Source: Takakia lepidozioides (lineage: Eukaryota > Plantae > Bryophyta). From it: a DNA stretch of 64,000 nt. This document shows positions 25,700-39,118 of the stretch, one piece after another. Every line of letters starts with the position of its first letter. Positions within the stretch are counted from its first letter, which is position 1. The notes beneath the pieces are model-generated. The model searched no databases. It saw nothing but the letters and a program-made list of their open reading frames with translations, and was not told the DNA's origin. The translations under genes were made by a program, and so were the position numbers. Location: positions 24,428,001 to 24,492,000 of the forward strand of contig CM060734.1 of the NCBI GenBank assembly GCA_030704615.1, read 5' to 3'.

Positions 25700-28600
25700 A
25701 ACACCTGTGTTCTCCGCTCAGGTCATACACATTCGGCTTTACAACAAGTGCTTCATGCTCCGTTGGTATTATCGGTGCAGCCCGTGACTGTTTCAGTGTT
25801 TCAATATGCAAATCGTGCTGCAATGGTTTGTCATGGATACCACTGTATCCCTTCAACTTATTGGCGGTGTTGTTATCATATATCTTCTGTATGACATAAG
25901 GTCCTTTCCATGGTGATTTAAGCTTAGAAGCCTTAATCTTCCCCTTCTTGTGCAACCACAGAACCAAATCACCCGTCTTAAAAAGTTTTCAGTTTACCTT
26001 CATCAAATTGATCCTTCCTCTTCATCTAAATTCTGGTCATGTTATCTGTTGCATGAGCACGTACTTCTTCCACATGATATAATTCATGTTTCCTGACCTT
26101 AATTGAATCTTCCAATTCCATTCTCCTTTCCCATTCAGTCCTCATGGTAGGTAACAAGAACTCCACTGGAAGTAAAGCTTCTACCATAAACTAATTGGAA
26201 TGGTGTATACTTAGTGGTGACTTTATATGAAGTCTTGTATGACCACAAAGCCGTCAACAGCTTTGTATCCCAATCTGTTCTGTTTGCATTGACTATCTTA
26301 GCCAAGATAGTACATAGTATTTTGTTGGTAGCCTCTGCCTGCCCATTACCCTGTGGGTAATAAGTTGTACTCTTCCTATTCACAATCATGAACTCTTTAG
26401 TCAATAGTTCTATGGTCTCATTAATGAAGTGACTTCCCTGGTCACTGATAAATTCCAGGGGAGAGCCAAATCTTGTAAGTATGTTCTCATACATGAACCT
26501 TGCTGTGGACTTAGATGTGTTGTCCCTCAGAGCTTTAGCTTCCACCCACTTTATAGTACAATCAGTGGCTGTGGTTATATACTTGTTCTGCGTATTTCTT
26601 GCTGGTGGGTTAATTGGTCCAACAAAGTCTAGTCCCCATTTCTGAAATGGTTCAGTAGGCATCGTAGGATGCAAAGCCATCTTCCCAGATCTTTGCAATG
26701 GTCCTAGCCTCTGACACTCATCACAACTCTTGCAATACATGTGTACATCATTGAACAATGTAGGCTACCAGTAACCTGCAAGTAGTATATTTCTACTGGT
26801 AGTCTCTTCTCCAAAATGACCTCCAGCCACTCCTTTATGAACTTCCTCCAAAACTTTATTTACTTCATGGGGTACAAGCATTGTTTAAGTACTCTATCAG
26901 GTCCTAGCTTATACATTCAGCCCCCTATCATAGTGTAAGGTAAAGCTTTGATAGCTATTCTCTTCCTCTGCTCCTTTCCATAACTAGGTGGGCACTGACC
27001 ATGAGAATGGTAGTATCTGATTGGCCACTGCCAATCTAACCAATCATCTGCACTTCCATGCACCTCCACTGCAAATAAACTCGCATCAGGTAGTTGGTCG
27101 TCTACTCCTGTGGTGGGCTCTCCTGTTGATAGGCGTGACAAGTGATATGCCACAAGATGCAAACGGCTAGGCTTATAAACAACTTCGAACAAACAAGTGC
27201 AAGATTATTAACCACCTTGCTATCCTTCCACTTATCAAAGGCTTGTTCACAAGATAAATCAGAGCCTGATGATCCACATAAAACATAAACTTTCTTCCCA
27301 ATAGGTAATGCCTGAATTTCTTGACTGCATAAATCATTGCCAATGCTTCTCTTTCAGTTGTGTTATAGTTCCTCTCAGCACTGATCATCAACCTGCTAGC
27401 ATAATACACAGGTGAATCTATGTTTCCTGTAACATTTTGGGCTAATACTGCTCCCAATGCTTCTCCTGAGGCATCACAGTGAACATGAAATACTACATGC
27501 CAGTGAGGGTTAATCAGCACAGGTGTAGTTGTTACTGACAATGTAAGTTCCTCAAAAGCCTGTTGACATTCCGCTGTCCATGCAAACACTGCATCTTTCT
27601 TCAAAAGCTTGCTCAATGGTGTTGCTATCTGTGCATACCGTCTGACAAATCTTCTGTAATAACTGGTTTGATCAAGGAATCTCTTTAGACTCTTCACGTT
27701 TACTGGTGGTGGAGAGGCTTTAATGGCCTTTGTCTTTATGGGATCCACAAGAAGTCCCCTCTTACACACAATGTGTCTCAAAAGTACCCCTGAATTCACA
27801 CAAAAAGGACACTTCTCTGGATTCAGGCCCAGACCTCTCATCCTGCATCTGGCCAAACATAACTCCAATTTATGCAAGTGCTCATTCTTAGAGCTGTACA
27901 CACTGAAATCATCTAAGAACACCTGCATGAAATCATCCAGATACTCATGGAAGGATTCACTTATTACTCTCTGAAAAGTTGCTGGTGCATTACAAAGACC
28001 AAAAGGCATGACTTTGTATGCATAAGCACCCCAGTCTGTGATGAAAGCTGTCTTTCCCTAGTCTTCCTCTGCCATTTGTACTTGGTTATACCCACTGAAG
28101 CCATCTATGAATGAGTACATCTCATGACTTGCCACAGTGTCCAGTACCGCTTCTGTAAATGGCAAAGGGAACGGATCTTTCTTTGTACAAGCATTCAACT
28201 TCTTATAGTTCACACAAACTCTCAGTTTACCATTCTCTTGGGAACTATCACAATGGGTGACAACCAAGTTGTATACTCTATTGGGTATATAAACTTAGCC
28301 TCAGCCAACTTCTTGATCTCTTCCCCAACCTTCTGTGCATAGTTGGGATTCATTCTGTACCTTGCCTATTTGATAGGTACTGACCCCGGTTCCAGCTCAA
28401 TCTTATGCTGACAGATCTCAGGGGGTATCCCTTTCAGATCCTCATAGCTCCAAGCAAATACATCTCTGTATTTGATGAACAAACTCTTAGCTTCCTCAAA
28501 GAATTCTGGCTCCAAGTCAGCCCCTACTTTCACCATTCTCGGTTCCTCCTCAGTTCCCACATTCACTTCTCTCACCTGCTCATCAGATGTGATTGTCCAA

Positions 28601-29525
28601 CCAGTCACTACTTCATCCTATAAACTCACAGTAGCTGGTTCTTCTAGGATTTCCATTTCTCCCTCTCTTTCTTCATAGAAATGTGGTGGGTAACTGCTTG
28701 TTTCACCTTCAATTGGTGTTGCTGTCACTACACCACAGTAGATACCTTTTAAACAACTTAGGCCCTCCAGTTGCATTTCTACAACCTGCTCCCACTCTGG
28801 GTGTGCAGCGAACAGGGTAGCTTCCTGCTCCTCATCAAGTCCTCTCCTCCAGTCATACTCTCTGAGTCCCCGAGGTCTTCTCGTAGCAGGTAGTCTACTA
28901 GATTTCTTTGTGGTGATTTGTATCTTGTGCTTCCCATCATGCACAGTTAGTAACTGGGAATTCCAGTCATGGAATACCCTGGCCTGTTTCAGCCATGGTC
29001 GACCCAGCAATAAGGAGTAAGCTTCCATGACATCATCCATTTTCAACACAGTCACTGTGATCATAAAGATCATCTTTTGAATCTGTATCTTAACTCCTCT
29101 TATCAATCCCAATGGCTGAACACTTCTTTGATCTGCCATTGTTACTGTGAATGGGGCTGGTTTCATATTACTTAAACCAAGCTTTTGCCTTAACTAGTCT
29201 GTTATGATATTCACTCCAGAGCCTCCATCTATCAGTACATCAGTCAAGTCTCTCCTTCCAATTCTCAATTGGATTACTGGCATAGAATCATCAAAGTCCA
29301 TGACTGTTTCTCGTTCTTCTGGCTTCACAGTATAGCTTGTCACCTTGCTTTTCAGGTCTGTGTTCCCTGTCACATGAGCAATCTGATTAATTGCTTGATA
29401 CAACCTGTGCCTACAATGAGGTGCCACATCCTATAGCTGTCCAATGGTAATCTCCGCTTTGGACTGGCATATTACTTCAGCCAAAGTCCTTTCATTACCC
29501 TGCACTTGTACAACTTCTTTCTGGG
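25700..29525 (-). mobile_element. pol: Ty3/Gypsy (non-chromovirus) pol: protease, RT, RNase H, integrase; degraded, gag missing
   Basis: VLIDGGSGVNII; KLRVCVNYKKLN..DPFPLPF..DGFSGYNQV; MPFGLCNAPATFQR..VFLDDFSV; HCDASGEALGAVL; KWGLDFVGP..SDQGSHF..QGNGQAE. Close relative of 5428-7354. Confidence 0.94.
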
Positions 29526-29721
29526 GTGGAGGCGGAGCAGGACAGTCAAGGACAGGACGACGATAGTGATGATTTTCAAGATTAATAGAATTTTAATGAA
29601 CTCTCTGTACATTTAAATTCTATTCCAAAGTATATAAAGGAAAATTCTCCCCGTCCTTCATGTCCCCTCTCCCATGTGCTTCTCAACGACAACATCGTCC
29701 AAACCTGGTCCCTCCCATAAT

Positions 29722-30423
29722 CTGAAATGCGACACCGCATTTCAATGTCGGAACGGAAATGTGGCAACTGCAAAAACCTCCTTTGGAAATGCGGCACTGC
29801 ATTTCCAAAACTGGGGCAAGAACAATTTTCCGTTTCATGGTTTGGACATCAGAAACTGTTCGGACAAACGGAAATGCGGTGCCGCATTTCCGTTTCCGAC
29901 ACGGCAGTTTTGCCGATTGCCAGCTCCTTCCATGGAGGTAAATGGAAATGCGGTGCCGCATTTACCTTTTGGAGATGGACATTTTTCCAACTGCAGACCC
30001 ATCGACGGAAATGCGGCTCCCCATTCCATGATGCTAGACGGGAATGCGGCACCGCATTCCATTGTCCAATAAGAAATTTCGATGACGTACATGGAAATGC
30101 GGCGCCGCATTTCCAAAACGGACATCGTTGTTTGTCCAATTCCAGACCCTTCGACGGAAATGCGGCACCGCATTCCATTGTGCTCTCCGGAAATGCGGTG
30201 GCGCATTTCAAGTATGGACATGGACAAGCATTAGCGACTGGACATGCTCGGACAATTCAAGGTCCAATATAGAAATGCGGCGCCGCATTTCAAATTCAAA
30301 GTATGGTAATGCCATGTCAGGAAATGAAATGCTGTACAACATTTCCGTTACGACGACAACGGAGGAAAGGGAGCTGCCAGAAATTGCTGCATGGAGAAAA
30401 ATGAAATGCGGTGCCGAATTTCC
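29722..30423. repeat. Array of ~12 copies of the 22-bp palindrome GGAAATGCGGCGCCGCATTTCC
   Basis: Copies near 29722, 29755, 29784, 29870, 29944, 30007, 30040, 30093, 30156, 30189, 30270 and 30402, with irregular and partly related spacers. Confidence 0.92.
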
Positions 30424-30699
30424 GAGCTTCGGTGTGTACATGTTTCCTTTTACTCATAGATGGATTTTCTTCACCTCAGGACTCTGATATCGCTGACTCC
30501 GGTATATTCATATGGACAGACACATTGTAGAAATGAGACCTCAAATTGTAAATAGTGGGCCAATTACGGCAGTTCTTGAACACGATGAAACACAAGCACA
30601 CAGAAGTGAGGTACGATGGGTTGTTTTATTGATCGAACACGGTGTCTCACATTTAGCAACTCTAGACAAATCTAAGCCCTTCCTCCTTCTACATGGGCG

Positions 30700-31345
30700 T
30701 CACCAAGTCGACGGAACTTCGATAGCCCTCAAAACAAGCTCATACTGATGCGGCACCCGAGGTAAACTGCAATGTGGTCGATCTGGTGCCCTTGGTGGAG
30801 CTGAAGACAATGTCATGCCCATCAATCATACCACCATCATACATTGACAATGGGCCTCTGGGCCTCCTGTGCCCGTGCGATTCGTCTTCGCAACTCAGCC
30901 GAATGTCTCCATACACTGGAAAAGCGGAGTGAACTCCACGAATATAGTTTTCCCCGGTGCCGTCCTCCCTGGTCCACTGGCAGCAGTTCCAGCGCCAAAG
31001 TGAGGCCGTGCGTGATCTGTCCGGCATCCCATTCCACCTTGGTATATCGAGGTCAACAATTTTCAGGACCCACGGACCGCATTGACCCTCGCCCTCACCT
31101 CGCTCAAAGCGGTAATAGCCCTCCAGATACTCCATTGCGCGCAAAGACTTCCGCTTGATTCCAGAAGCGTCTCTGAAAACAGAGAGCCAGACAATGATGT
31201 CTCCTGATTCTGGTTTGAACATAGCATAATCGTAGCCATGATAAGGGCAGTCAGCAGGATTTCGGCGGCACGACATCCTTGAAAAAGAGTAGCGGAGTAC
31301 GCTCAATGACAGCAGCTCCCGGATGGAGGAGGCAGCAGCGCGGTG
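30700..31345 (-). pseudogene. Unknown ~200 aa protein, paralog A (one frameshift near the C-terminus)
   Basis: ORF 31306-30740 plus the shifted tail YELVLRAIEVPSTW* ending at 30700. Aligns over its full length with paralog B. Confidence 0.7.
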
Positions 31346-31534
31346 GCTGAAAGAAATTCAAGCAAACGCTGCAATTCCTCACAAACACTCTAGGGCACAT
31401 TTAAATTTCCCCCCAACAGGAACCTGCACGGATGAAGATTGGCTGCTCCATGAATGTAGCCGTTTCAGTTTCCTTCCCTGCCATGCAAAGTATGGGCAGT
31501 AAGTGCCAGGTGGGCCTATAGCCACTCGAGACGA

Positions 31535-31597
31535 CGAAGTCCATCCCCCCTTCGATGTAAATGCGGCGCCGAATTTCCATCCGGGGGATGGACTTCG
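31535..31597. repeat. 63-bp hairpin between the divergent paralogs
   Basis: Perfect 15-bp arms CGAAGTCCATCCCCC / GGGGGATGGACTTCG enclose another copy of the AAATGCGGCGCCG palindrome. Confidence 0.88.
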
Positions 31598-31778
31598 GTG
31601 GCAGATTTCAAACTATACCCCGTGGATGAGAAAGAGGTATCGGTTCATCCACCGCTGGCGTGATGAACATGTTACACGATGATTGGTGGGTACATGTGAC
31701 CAAGATGCTCCATTATTGGAGCCCGCACTGCTCTTCCGCTTCTCATCATTTCGAAAATCTAAGGGCTTCGTTGCTGTC

Positions 31779-32396
31779 CACAAGGTCATTGTCATCGGCA
31801 TCAAAGATGTCCTCAGGTCCTCCTTTGCAAGGATGCCGTGCTTCCGGAACCGGGACGACTGCCTTTATGGAGGCTTCGATTATGCAATGTATTCGGCCAC
31901 ATCGGGAGACATCGTTATCTGGTACACAGATTACACAGAAGATACTGGTTCGAATGTGGAAACATTGTCCGCTTTTGAGTATATCCCAGGCCAGTACGCC
32001 TTCAAGCGGGATGACGATCTTGGTCTGAGGAGTCCGTGGCTTCTGCGCATCCTTGATTCCGATTTTCCCAGCTACGACGGGCACCCATGCAGAAGAATGC
32101 GCACTGCTATGCTGTTGCAGTGGAACTGCTGCTAGTGGATGTGGGTGGACTCCATCGGAGAGACTTATACTCTTGAAGGAGTGCGCTCCTCTTCTCCATT
32201 GTATGGGGACATTCGCATTGGTGTGGACGACGAAAACGTGAAGCTTTCCATATTCGATGGTGGTATGATTGAAGGGCACGACATTGTGGTGAACATCAAC
32301 AGGGGCGGTACAACGGCTACAATCCGGTTTACCTGGAGGAGCCCGATGACTCATGAGCTAGTTCTCAGAGCAGTCGAAGTCCCATTGACAACGTGA
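31779..32396 (+). pseudogene. Unknown ~200 aa protein, paralog B (one in-frame TAG at 32133)
   Basis: ORFs 31683-32135 and 32139-32396 are in frame. WNCC*W corresponds to WNCCQW in paralog A. Confidence 0.7.
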
Positions 32397-32849
32397 CTTG
32401 TATTCAGAAGGCACAGGGCTAAAGATTTGTTTGCACAATCAGCACAGTAGACGTGCTTCAAATGCAATTCATGTGGATCAATAAAAACCCCATTGTGCCC
32501 TCTTTTTGTTCTATTCTGTATCCATCATTCCCAGAATGCATCATTCCTCATTTCATTTGGGATTGGGAGTGTGGGTGGATTTTGCAAGTGGCTGGTAGGC
32601 TGAAATGTGCCCCCATTGTACAGAGCAGTACCACCCTACCATTCGCGAAACATTGCCTTTCAATATGTAATTCTAAAAAACATTGCCGAACCTCCTTCAT
32701 CGGGAGGTCCTTCTCCCCCTATGACCGTGACACCCTAAACCCTATTCCTGCGGACACTCATTTCCAGAAAATAGTCCTGCTCATGTTTTCTTCGACACTT
32801 ACGACTCTGCTCATGGCTCATGCCGCTCATGGCTCATGGCTCATGAAAT

Positions 32850-35800
32850 AGCAGCCCCCCCAGGAGGTAAGTAAAACCATAGCTCAAATGCAAGAGGGAA
32901 CCCATATACCTTCTGGAGAGCCAACTCCAGATAATCAAATATGACCAACGATGAAGACCACGAATGCAACCACGGAAACAAAATTGGCTGAAGTAATCTG
33001 CCAGACCAAGACCCAAATTACCATTGGACAATTATTAAAAATTGCTCCACACTGCAAGAAAACTTTATTTCGGGCAATTGAGGCATTGACCCCCACACCA
33101 AAACAAAAACAACACCAGAGGTTTACATGATTAAACCCACAACTATACAACAAACTCCAGACTACGATGAAGCAATACCAGTAATACAAGTACGTATTGG
33201 ATGGAAGTTGGTAACGGATGTACTCATCGATGGAGGATCCGGAGTGAATATCATGACAGAAAAGATGAAGAAGTCACTAGGATTGGGGCACATAAAACCT
33301 GCTCCATTCACGGTACAAATGGCCGATCAACGAAAAGTACAGCCATTGGGTATCATCAGACGACTTGCAATGGAAGTAGCAGGACTGGTATACGAAGTAT
33401 CAGCAACCATTCTCAGAATGGAGGATGTGGCAGAAGGATATTCGCTACTACTTGGCCGACCATGGTTAACACAAGCCCAATCACACCACGATTGGGGAAG
33501 TCAGACTCTCACGATCAAAAAGGGATCAGAACAAGTCACTATCACTACGAAGCAACGAGGTACCATTCCACGAGAGAAACGACCTTGCATAGTGGAAGAG
33601 TATGATTGGTCCTGTGGACTGTCGGATGAAGAAGAAGCCACAGTATATGCAACACAACCACAGTTGGAACCTATTGGGCAATTAGTGGTCAAACTTACCA
33701 CAACAGTAGGATTTCACATGGTGAACACCCAAGGAGAACCGAATACTCCGAGAACGGAAGATCCTGAGGAAGAAGCTATGGACACACCTCAACACCCTGC
33801 CTGTTTTTATCAAGAAAGAGAAGAGGACATTAAAATCAGTGAAATACCTGCCACGATTGCAACCATCGGACAAGAAATTGCAGGATGGACAGTAACGGAA
33901 GAAACTCAATTGATTCAAGTGAATCTTGGAACAGTGGAAGAACCACAGATAATACGAGTAAGTGCAGGTTTTGAAGAATCATTTCTACAGGAAGCCACCG
34001 CATTATTCACTGAATACAAGGATGTATTTGCCTGGAACTACAAAGATTTGAAGGGTATACCTTCCAACATCTGTCAGCACCAAATTGAATTGGAAGTTGA
34101 CACAAAACCAATTCGTCATAACCGTTATAGGATGAACCCCAACTATGCAGCTAAAGTTTGGGAAGAAATCAAGAAATTACTGGATGCAGGATTCATATAT
34201 CCAGTAGAGACACCACAATGGTTATCACCCATTGTGATAGTCCCCAAGAAGAATGGAAAATTACGAGTGTGTGTAGACTACCGCAAGTTAAACGCAGGAA
34301 CCAAGAAAGACCCCTTTCCACTACCTTTCACCGAAATAGTGTTGGACACAGTGGCAGGACATGAGATATACTCATTCATGGATGGGTTCAGTGGGTACAA
34401 CCAGGTGCAGATGGCAGAAGAAGACCGAGAAAAGACCGCATTCATCACTGAATGGGGAGCCTATGCTTACAAAGTCATGCCATTTGGACTTTGCAACGCA
34501 CCAGCTACGTTTCAGCGAGCAGTATCTGAGATATTCAAGAATTATCTCAACGATTTTATGCAGGTATTTTTGGATGATTTCAGTGTCTTCGGACAAAAAT
34601 CCAAACACTTGGCACAGTTAAAACTTTGCCTACAAGCCTGCAGAAACAATGGAGTAAGTCTCAATCCGGAAAAATGTACATTTTGTGTGAATTCAGAATT
34701 ATTGTTGGGACACATTGTGTGCCAACAGGGATTTCTGGTGGATCCAAAGAAAGTGGAGGTTATCCAGAAAATACCACCACCAGAAAATCCCAAGAAACTC
34801 AAGAGATTTATGGGACAGACAAGCTATTACAGAAGGTACATGGACAAATATGCTCACAGAGCGGCACTAGTCTATAGACTGCTGAAGCAAGATGCCGAAT
34901 ACCGATGGTCTCCAGCTTGCCAGGAATCATTTGATTCACTAAAAAGGGCACTCACAGCAGCACCAATTCTGATAAATCCAAGATGGGATTTACCATTTCA
35001 TGTACACAGTGATGCATCAGGCATTGCTTTGGGGGCAGTTCTAGCTCAGAATGTGACGGGCACAATAGATTCACCAATCTATTATGCAAGCAGATTGTTG
35101 ACAGCAACCGAGAAGAACTATAGCACCACAGAAAGGGAAGCATTGGCAATGATTTATGTTGTTCAAAAGTTTCGGCATTATTTACTTGGCAATCGCTTTA
35201 AGTTTATTGTTGATCATCAAGCTCTAGTTCATTTAGCAAATCAACCACTAGCTAGTGGCAGGGTTGCTCGATGGTTATTACTTCTTCATGAATATGATTT
35301 TGAAGTTGTTCATAAACTAGGAAGATTATATGTTACAGCAGATCATTTGTCAAGGATTACTAAGGAGAACCAGCCACGGGAGTAGAGGATCAACTTCCCG
35401 ACGCATTTCTGTTTGCTGTTCAACCAGAAGCACAAGATGAAGAGACAGATCCTCTAGACGCTCTGGGAGTGTTTCAAGGAGACTATGACCTCCCAGATTC
35501 TCTTAAGCTCATGGATGACACTAATGAAGAAGAGGACTCATCAGATGAAGATGAACCTCTTGACGAAGGACCTATTATTGAGGAAGAGCCAGATCCAGAA
35601 AAAGAAGATGACAAGGAAAACGAAGAAACAAACAATGAAGAATTGGCCAATATCAGTATTGGAGCTTATACAGTTACCAAGGAAGAATCAGAAGACATTC
35701 AGAATCAAGATCAAGACGATTGGCAATGGCCAATCAAATACTATCTAAACACAGGGAAATTTCTTGAAGACTACACCAAAGATGACAGGAGAAAACTTTC

Positions 35801-37105
35801 AATGAAAAGCAAGCCATACACAGTAATCAAGGGGATTTTGTACAAAAGAGGAATTGACTCCATAATGAGAAGATGTGTGAACAAAGAACAAGCCAAAACA
35901 GTGATGCAAGAGCTACACGAAGGAATTGCAGGAGGACACTTCAGTTCGGACCTGACAGCAAAGAAGATATTATTAGCAGGTTACTGGTGGCCTACTGTAT
36001 TTGGAGACACTTATGAACACTGTCAACAATGTGATGTTTGCCAGAGGATGGGACTAGTAGAACGAACTGGGAAGGGTGCTATGCACCCAATACTACCAAC
36101 AGAACCATTTCATCGCTAGGGACTAAACTTTGTGTGGCCAATTAAACCTCCAGCAAGGTACACACAGAACCAATACATCCTCACAGCTACACTACCAAAT
36201 GGGTAGAGGCCAAGGCACTAAGAGACAACACTGCCAGGTCGACAGCCAAATTCTTATATGAAAACATCATCACATGATTTGGTTGCCCACTGGAATTCGT
36301 CAGTGATCAAGGATCACATTTTATAAATGATGCCATAAAATGCTTGACGGAGGAGTTCATGATCATACATCACAAGCGTACTGCTTACTATCCCCAAGGA
36401 AATGGCCAGGCCGAATCTACCAACAAGATATTATGCACTATCTTAACCAAGATAGTAAATGCCAATCGTACAGATTGGGACACCAAAATGAACACAACAC
36501 TATGGGCATTCAGGACATCATACAAGGTGACCATGAAATATACACCATTTCAACTGGTGTATGGAGCAAAGGCAATATTACCCATTGAATGTATGATACC
36601 CACACTACGAACCGGAACTCATGAACGATGGGGTTTAGAGGAATCTCTACGAGTCAGGGAATATGAGTTATTTCATCTGGAAGAAGTTCGGGCAGACGCC
36701 GCAGATAACATGACACGAATTCAAGAACAACGAAGAAAAAGAATATCTGAAGGGAAAGAAAAATCTTTCCAGGACGGGGACATTGTTTTATGGTTACCAA
36801 AAATCAAGAAGATCAAATTGGGAGGAAAATTGAAAATGCCATGGATGGGACCATTTCAAATCAAAAGGGTACATGACAATGGAACTGTTGATTTGCAGAC
36901 CTTGGAACAAGAATTCGTGGGACGAATTAATATTAACAAGTTAAAAGGCTACAAAAGGATACATGACAGAGCCCTTATACATGACTTATATGCCAACGAG
37001 GAAGACCAAACCGCACATGAGGAGCGTGAAACCGCCAGTGCATACTACATTCATCACGACACGGTGAATCGGCATGTACTAAGACAGGTGACAATACGAG
37101 TTTAG
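32850..37105 (+). mobile_element. pol: Ty3/Gypsy (non-chromovirus) pol: protease, RT, RNase H, acidic insert, integrase; gag missing
   Basis: 752 aa ORF 33127-35385 (LIDGGSGVNIM, VCVDYRKLN, VFLDDFSV, HSDASG, TEREALAM). Integrase continues in 35469-36119 and 36344-37105. Confidence 0.95.
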
Positions 37106-37519
37106 GGCACCACTACGACTAGACCACCATTCATTTGGAGGACAACATTACCACCCCGTATACCGTATGGCGAACCGTGGCCGTGGCCAGCACATATGCC
37201 CTACAGAACCGTGAACGAATACGAATCAGCCAACGAGTCACTACTTGTGTTAAACTCCGAAATGTACACTCTAGATTACCCCACCGACCGTGGCATACAC
37301 CACTAACCATTGATCATAACACGGAGGAAGAACGACGGTGCAATCCAACGGATTGCCAAAAGACGGCGGATGATAAGGGCAGAGCCATTAAACCAAGCTG
37401 CAAGTACTGCGCACACGCCGCCCATCTAAAAACAGACCACATACCAAAATGGATGAACACATCCAAGATGGATGAACGTAAACTAACCGAAACCGGACAA
37501 TTATCAACAACCATCAGTT

Positions 37520-39118
37520 CTGCCACGTTTCAGAGATAGTATCTGAGATATTCAAGAGCTATCTCAATGACTTTATGCAGGTATTCTTAGACAATTTCAA
37601 CGTCTTCGGACATAAATCCAAACACTTGGCATAGTTAAAAATTTGCCTACAAGCCTGCAGAGACAATGGAGTAAGTCTCAACCCCGAGAAATGTACATTT
37701 TGTATGAATTCAGGATTACTGTTGGGACACATCGTGTGCCAACAGGGAATTCTAGTTGACCCAAAGAAGGTGGATAGTATCCAGAAAATACCACCACCAA
37801 AAAATCCAAAGAAACTCAAAAGATTTATGGGACAGACAAGCTATTACGTAAGGTACATGGCCAAGTATGCTCATAGAGCAGCACCAGATCTATAGACTGC
37901 TGAAGAAGGATGCCGAATACCATGGTCTCCAACTTGTCAGGAATCATTCGATTCACTAAAAAGGGCACTCACATCAGCACCAATACTGATCAATCCAAGA
38001 TGGGATTTACCATTTCATGTACACAGTGATGCATCAGGCATCGCCTTGCGGGCAATTCTGGCTCAGAATGTGACAGATACAAAAGATTCACCAACCTATT
38101 ATGCAAGTAGATCACTGATAGCAGCTGAGAAGAACTATAGCACCACGGAAAAGGAGGGATTGACAATGATTTATGCTATTCAAAATTTTCGACACTATTT
38201 ACTTGGCAATCAATTTAAATTTATTGTTGATCATCAGGCTTTGGTTCATTTGGCAAATCGACCACTAGCTAGTGGCAGGGTTGCTCGATGGCTATTACTT
38301 CTTCATGAGTATGATTTTGAAGTTGTTCATAAGACTGGAAGATTACATGGTACAATAGATCATCTATCAAGACTTACTACTGGAGAACCAGCCACAGGAG
38401 TAGAGGATGAACATCCCGATGCATTTTTGTTTGTTGTCCAACCAGAAGCACAAGGAGAAGAGACAGACCCTCTTGACGCTCTGGGAGTATTCTAAGGAGA
38501 CTATGACCTTCCAGACTCACTGAAGTTGATGGATGACACTGATGAAAAAGAAGATTCATCAGATGAAGACGAACCTCTTGATGAAGGACCAATTATTGAG
38601 GAAGAGGTAGATCCAGAAGAAGAAGATGACAAAGAAAACGAGGAGCCAATTGATCAAGAACTGACTAACATTAGCATTGGGACTTATGCAGTCACCAAGG
38701 AAGAATCAGAAGAATTTCAGTACCAAGATCAAGATGATTGGCAATGGCCAATCAAATACTACTTGATAACAGGAAAATTGCCTGAGGAATATACCAAAGA
38801 TGACAAGAGAAAGCTTTCAATGAAAAGCAAACCATACACGGTAATCAGAGGAATTATGTACAAACGAGGAATTGATTCCATCATGAGAAGATGTATGGAC
38901 AAAGAACGGGCCAAAACAGTGATGCAGGAATTACACGAAGGAATATCAGGAGGACACTTCAGCTCGGATCTAACAACAAAGAAGATATTATTGGCAGGTT
39001 ACTGGTGGCCTACAATTTTTGGAGACACTTACGAACATTGCCAACAGTGTGATGTCTGCCAAAGAATGGGACCAGTGGAAAGAACTGGAAAATGAGCTAT
39101 GCACCCAATACAGGCATT
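37520..39118 (+). mobile_element. pol: Second, partial copy of the same Gypsy family (mid-RT to integrase zinc finger)
   Basis: Collinear with 34503-36095, including the acidic insert. Cut off by the LINE. Confidence 0.92.

Noticed and set aside
29722-30423. CRISPR array
   Set aside because: Spacer lengths are irregular (about 10-110 bp) and partly homologous to each other, the repeats are degenerate, there are no cas genes, and the context is eukaryotic.
29674-30487. Overlapping ORFs with CGAAFP/NAAPHF repeats
   Set aside because: They are translation by-products of the palindrome array and are open on both strands.
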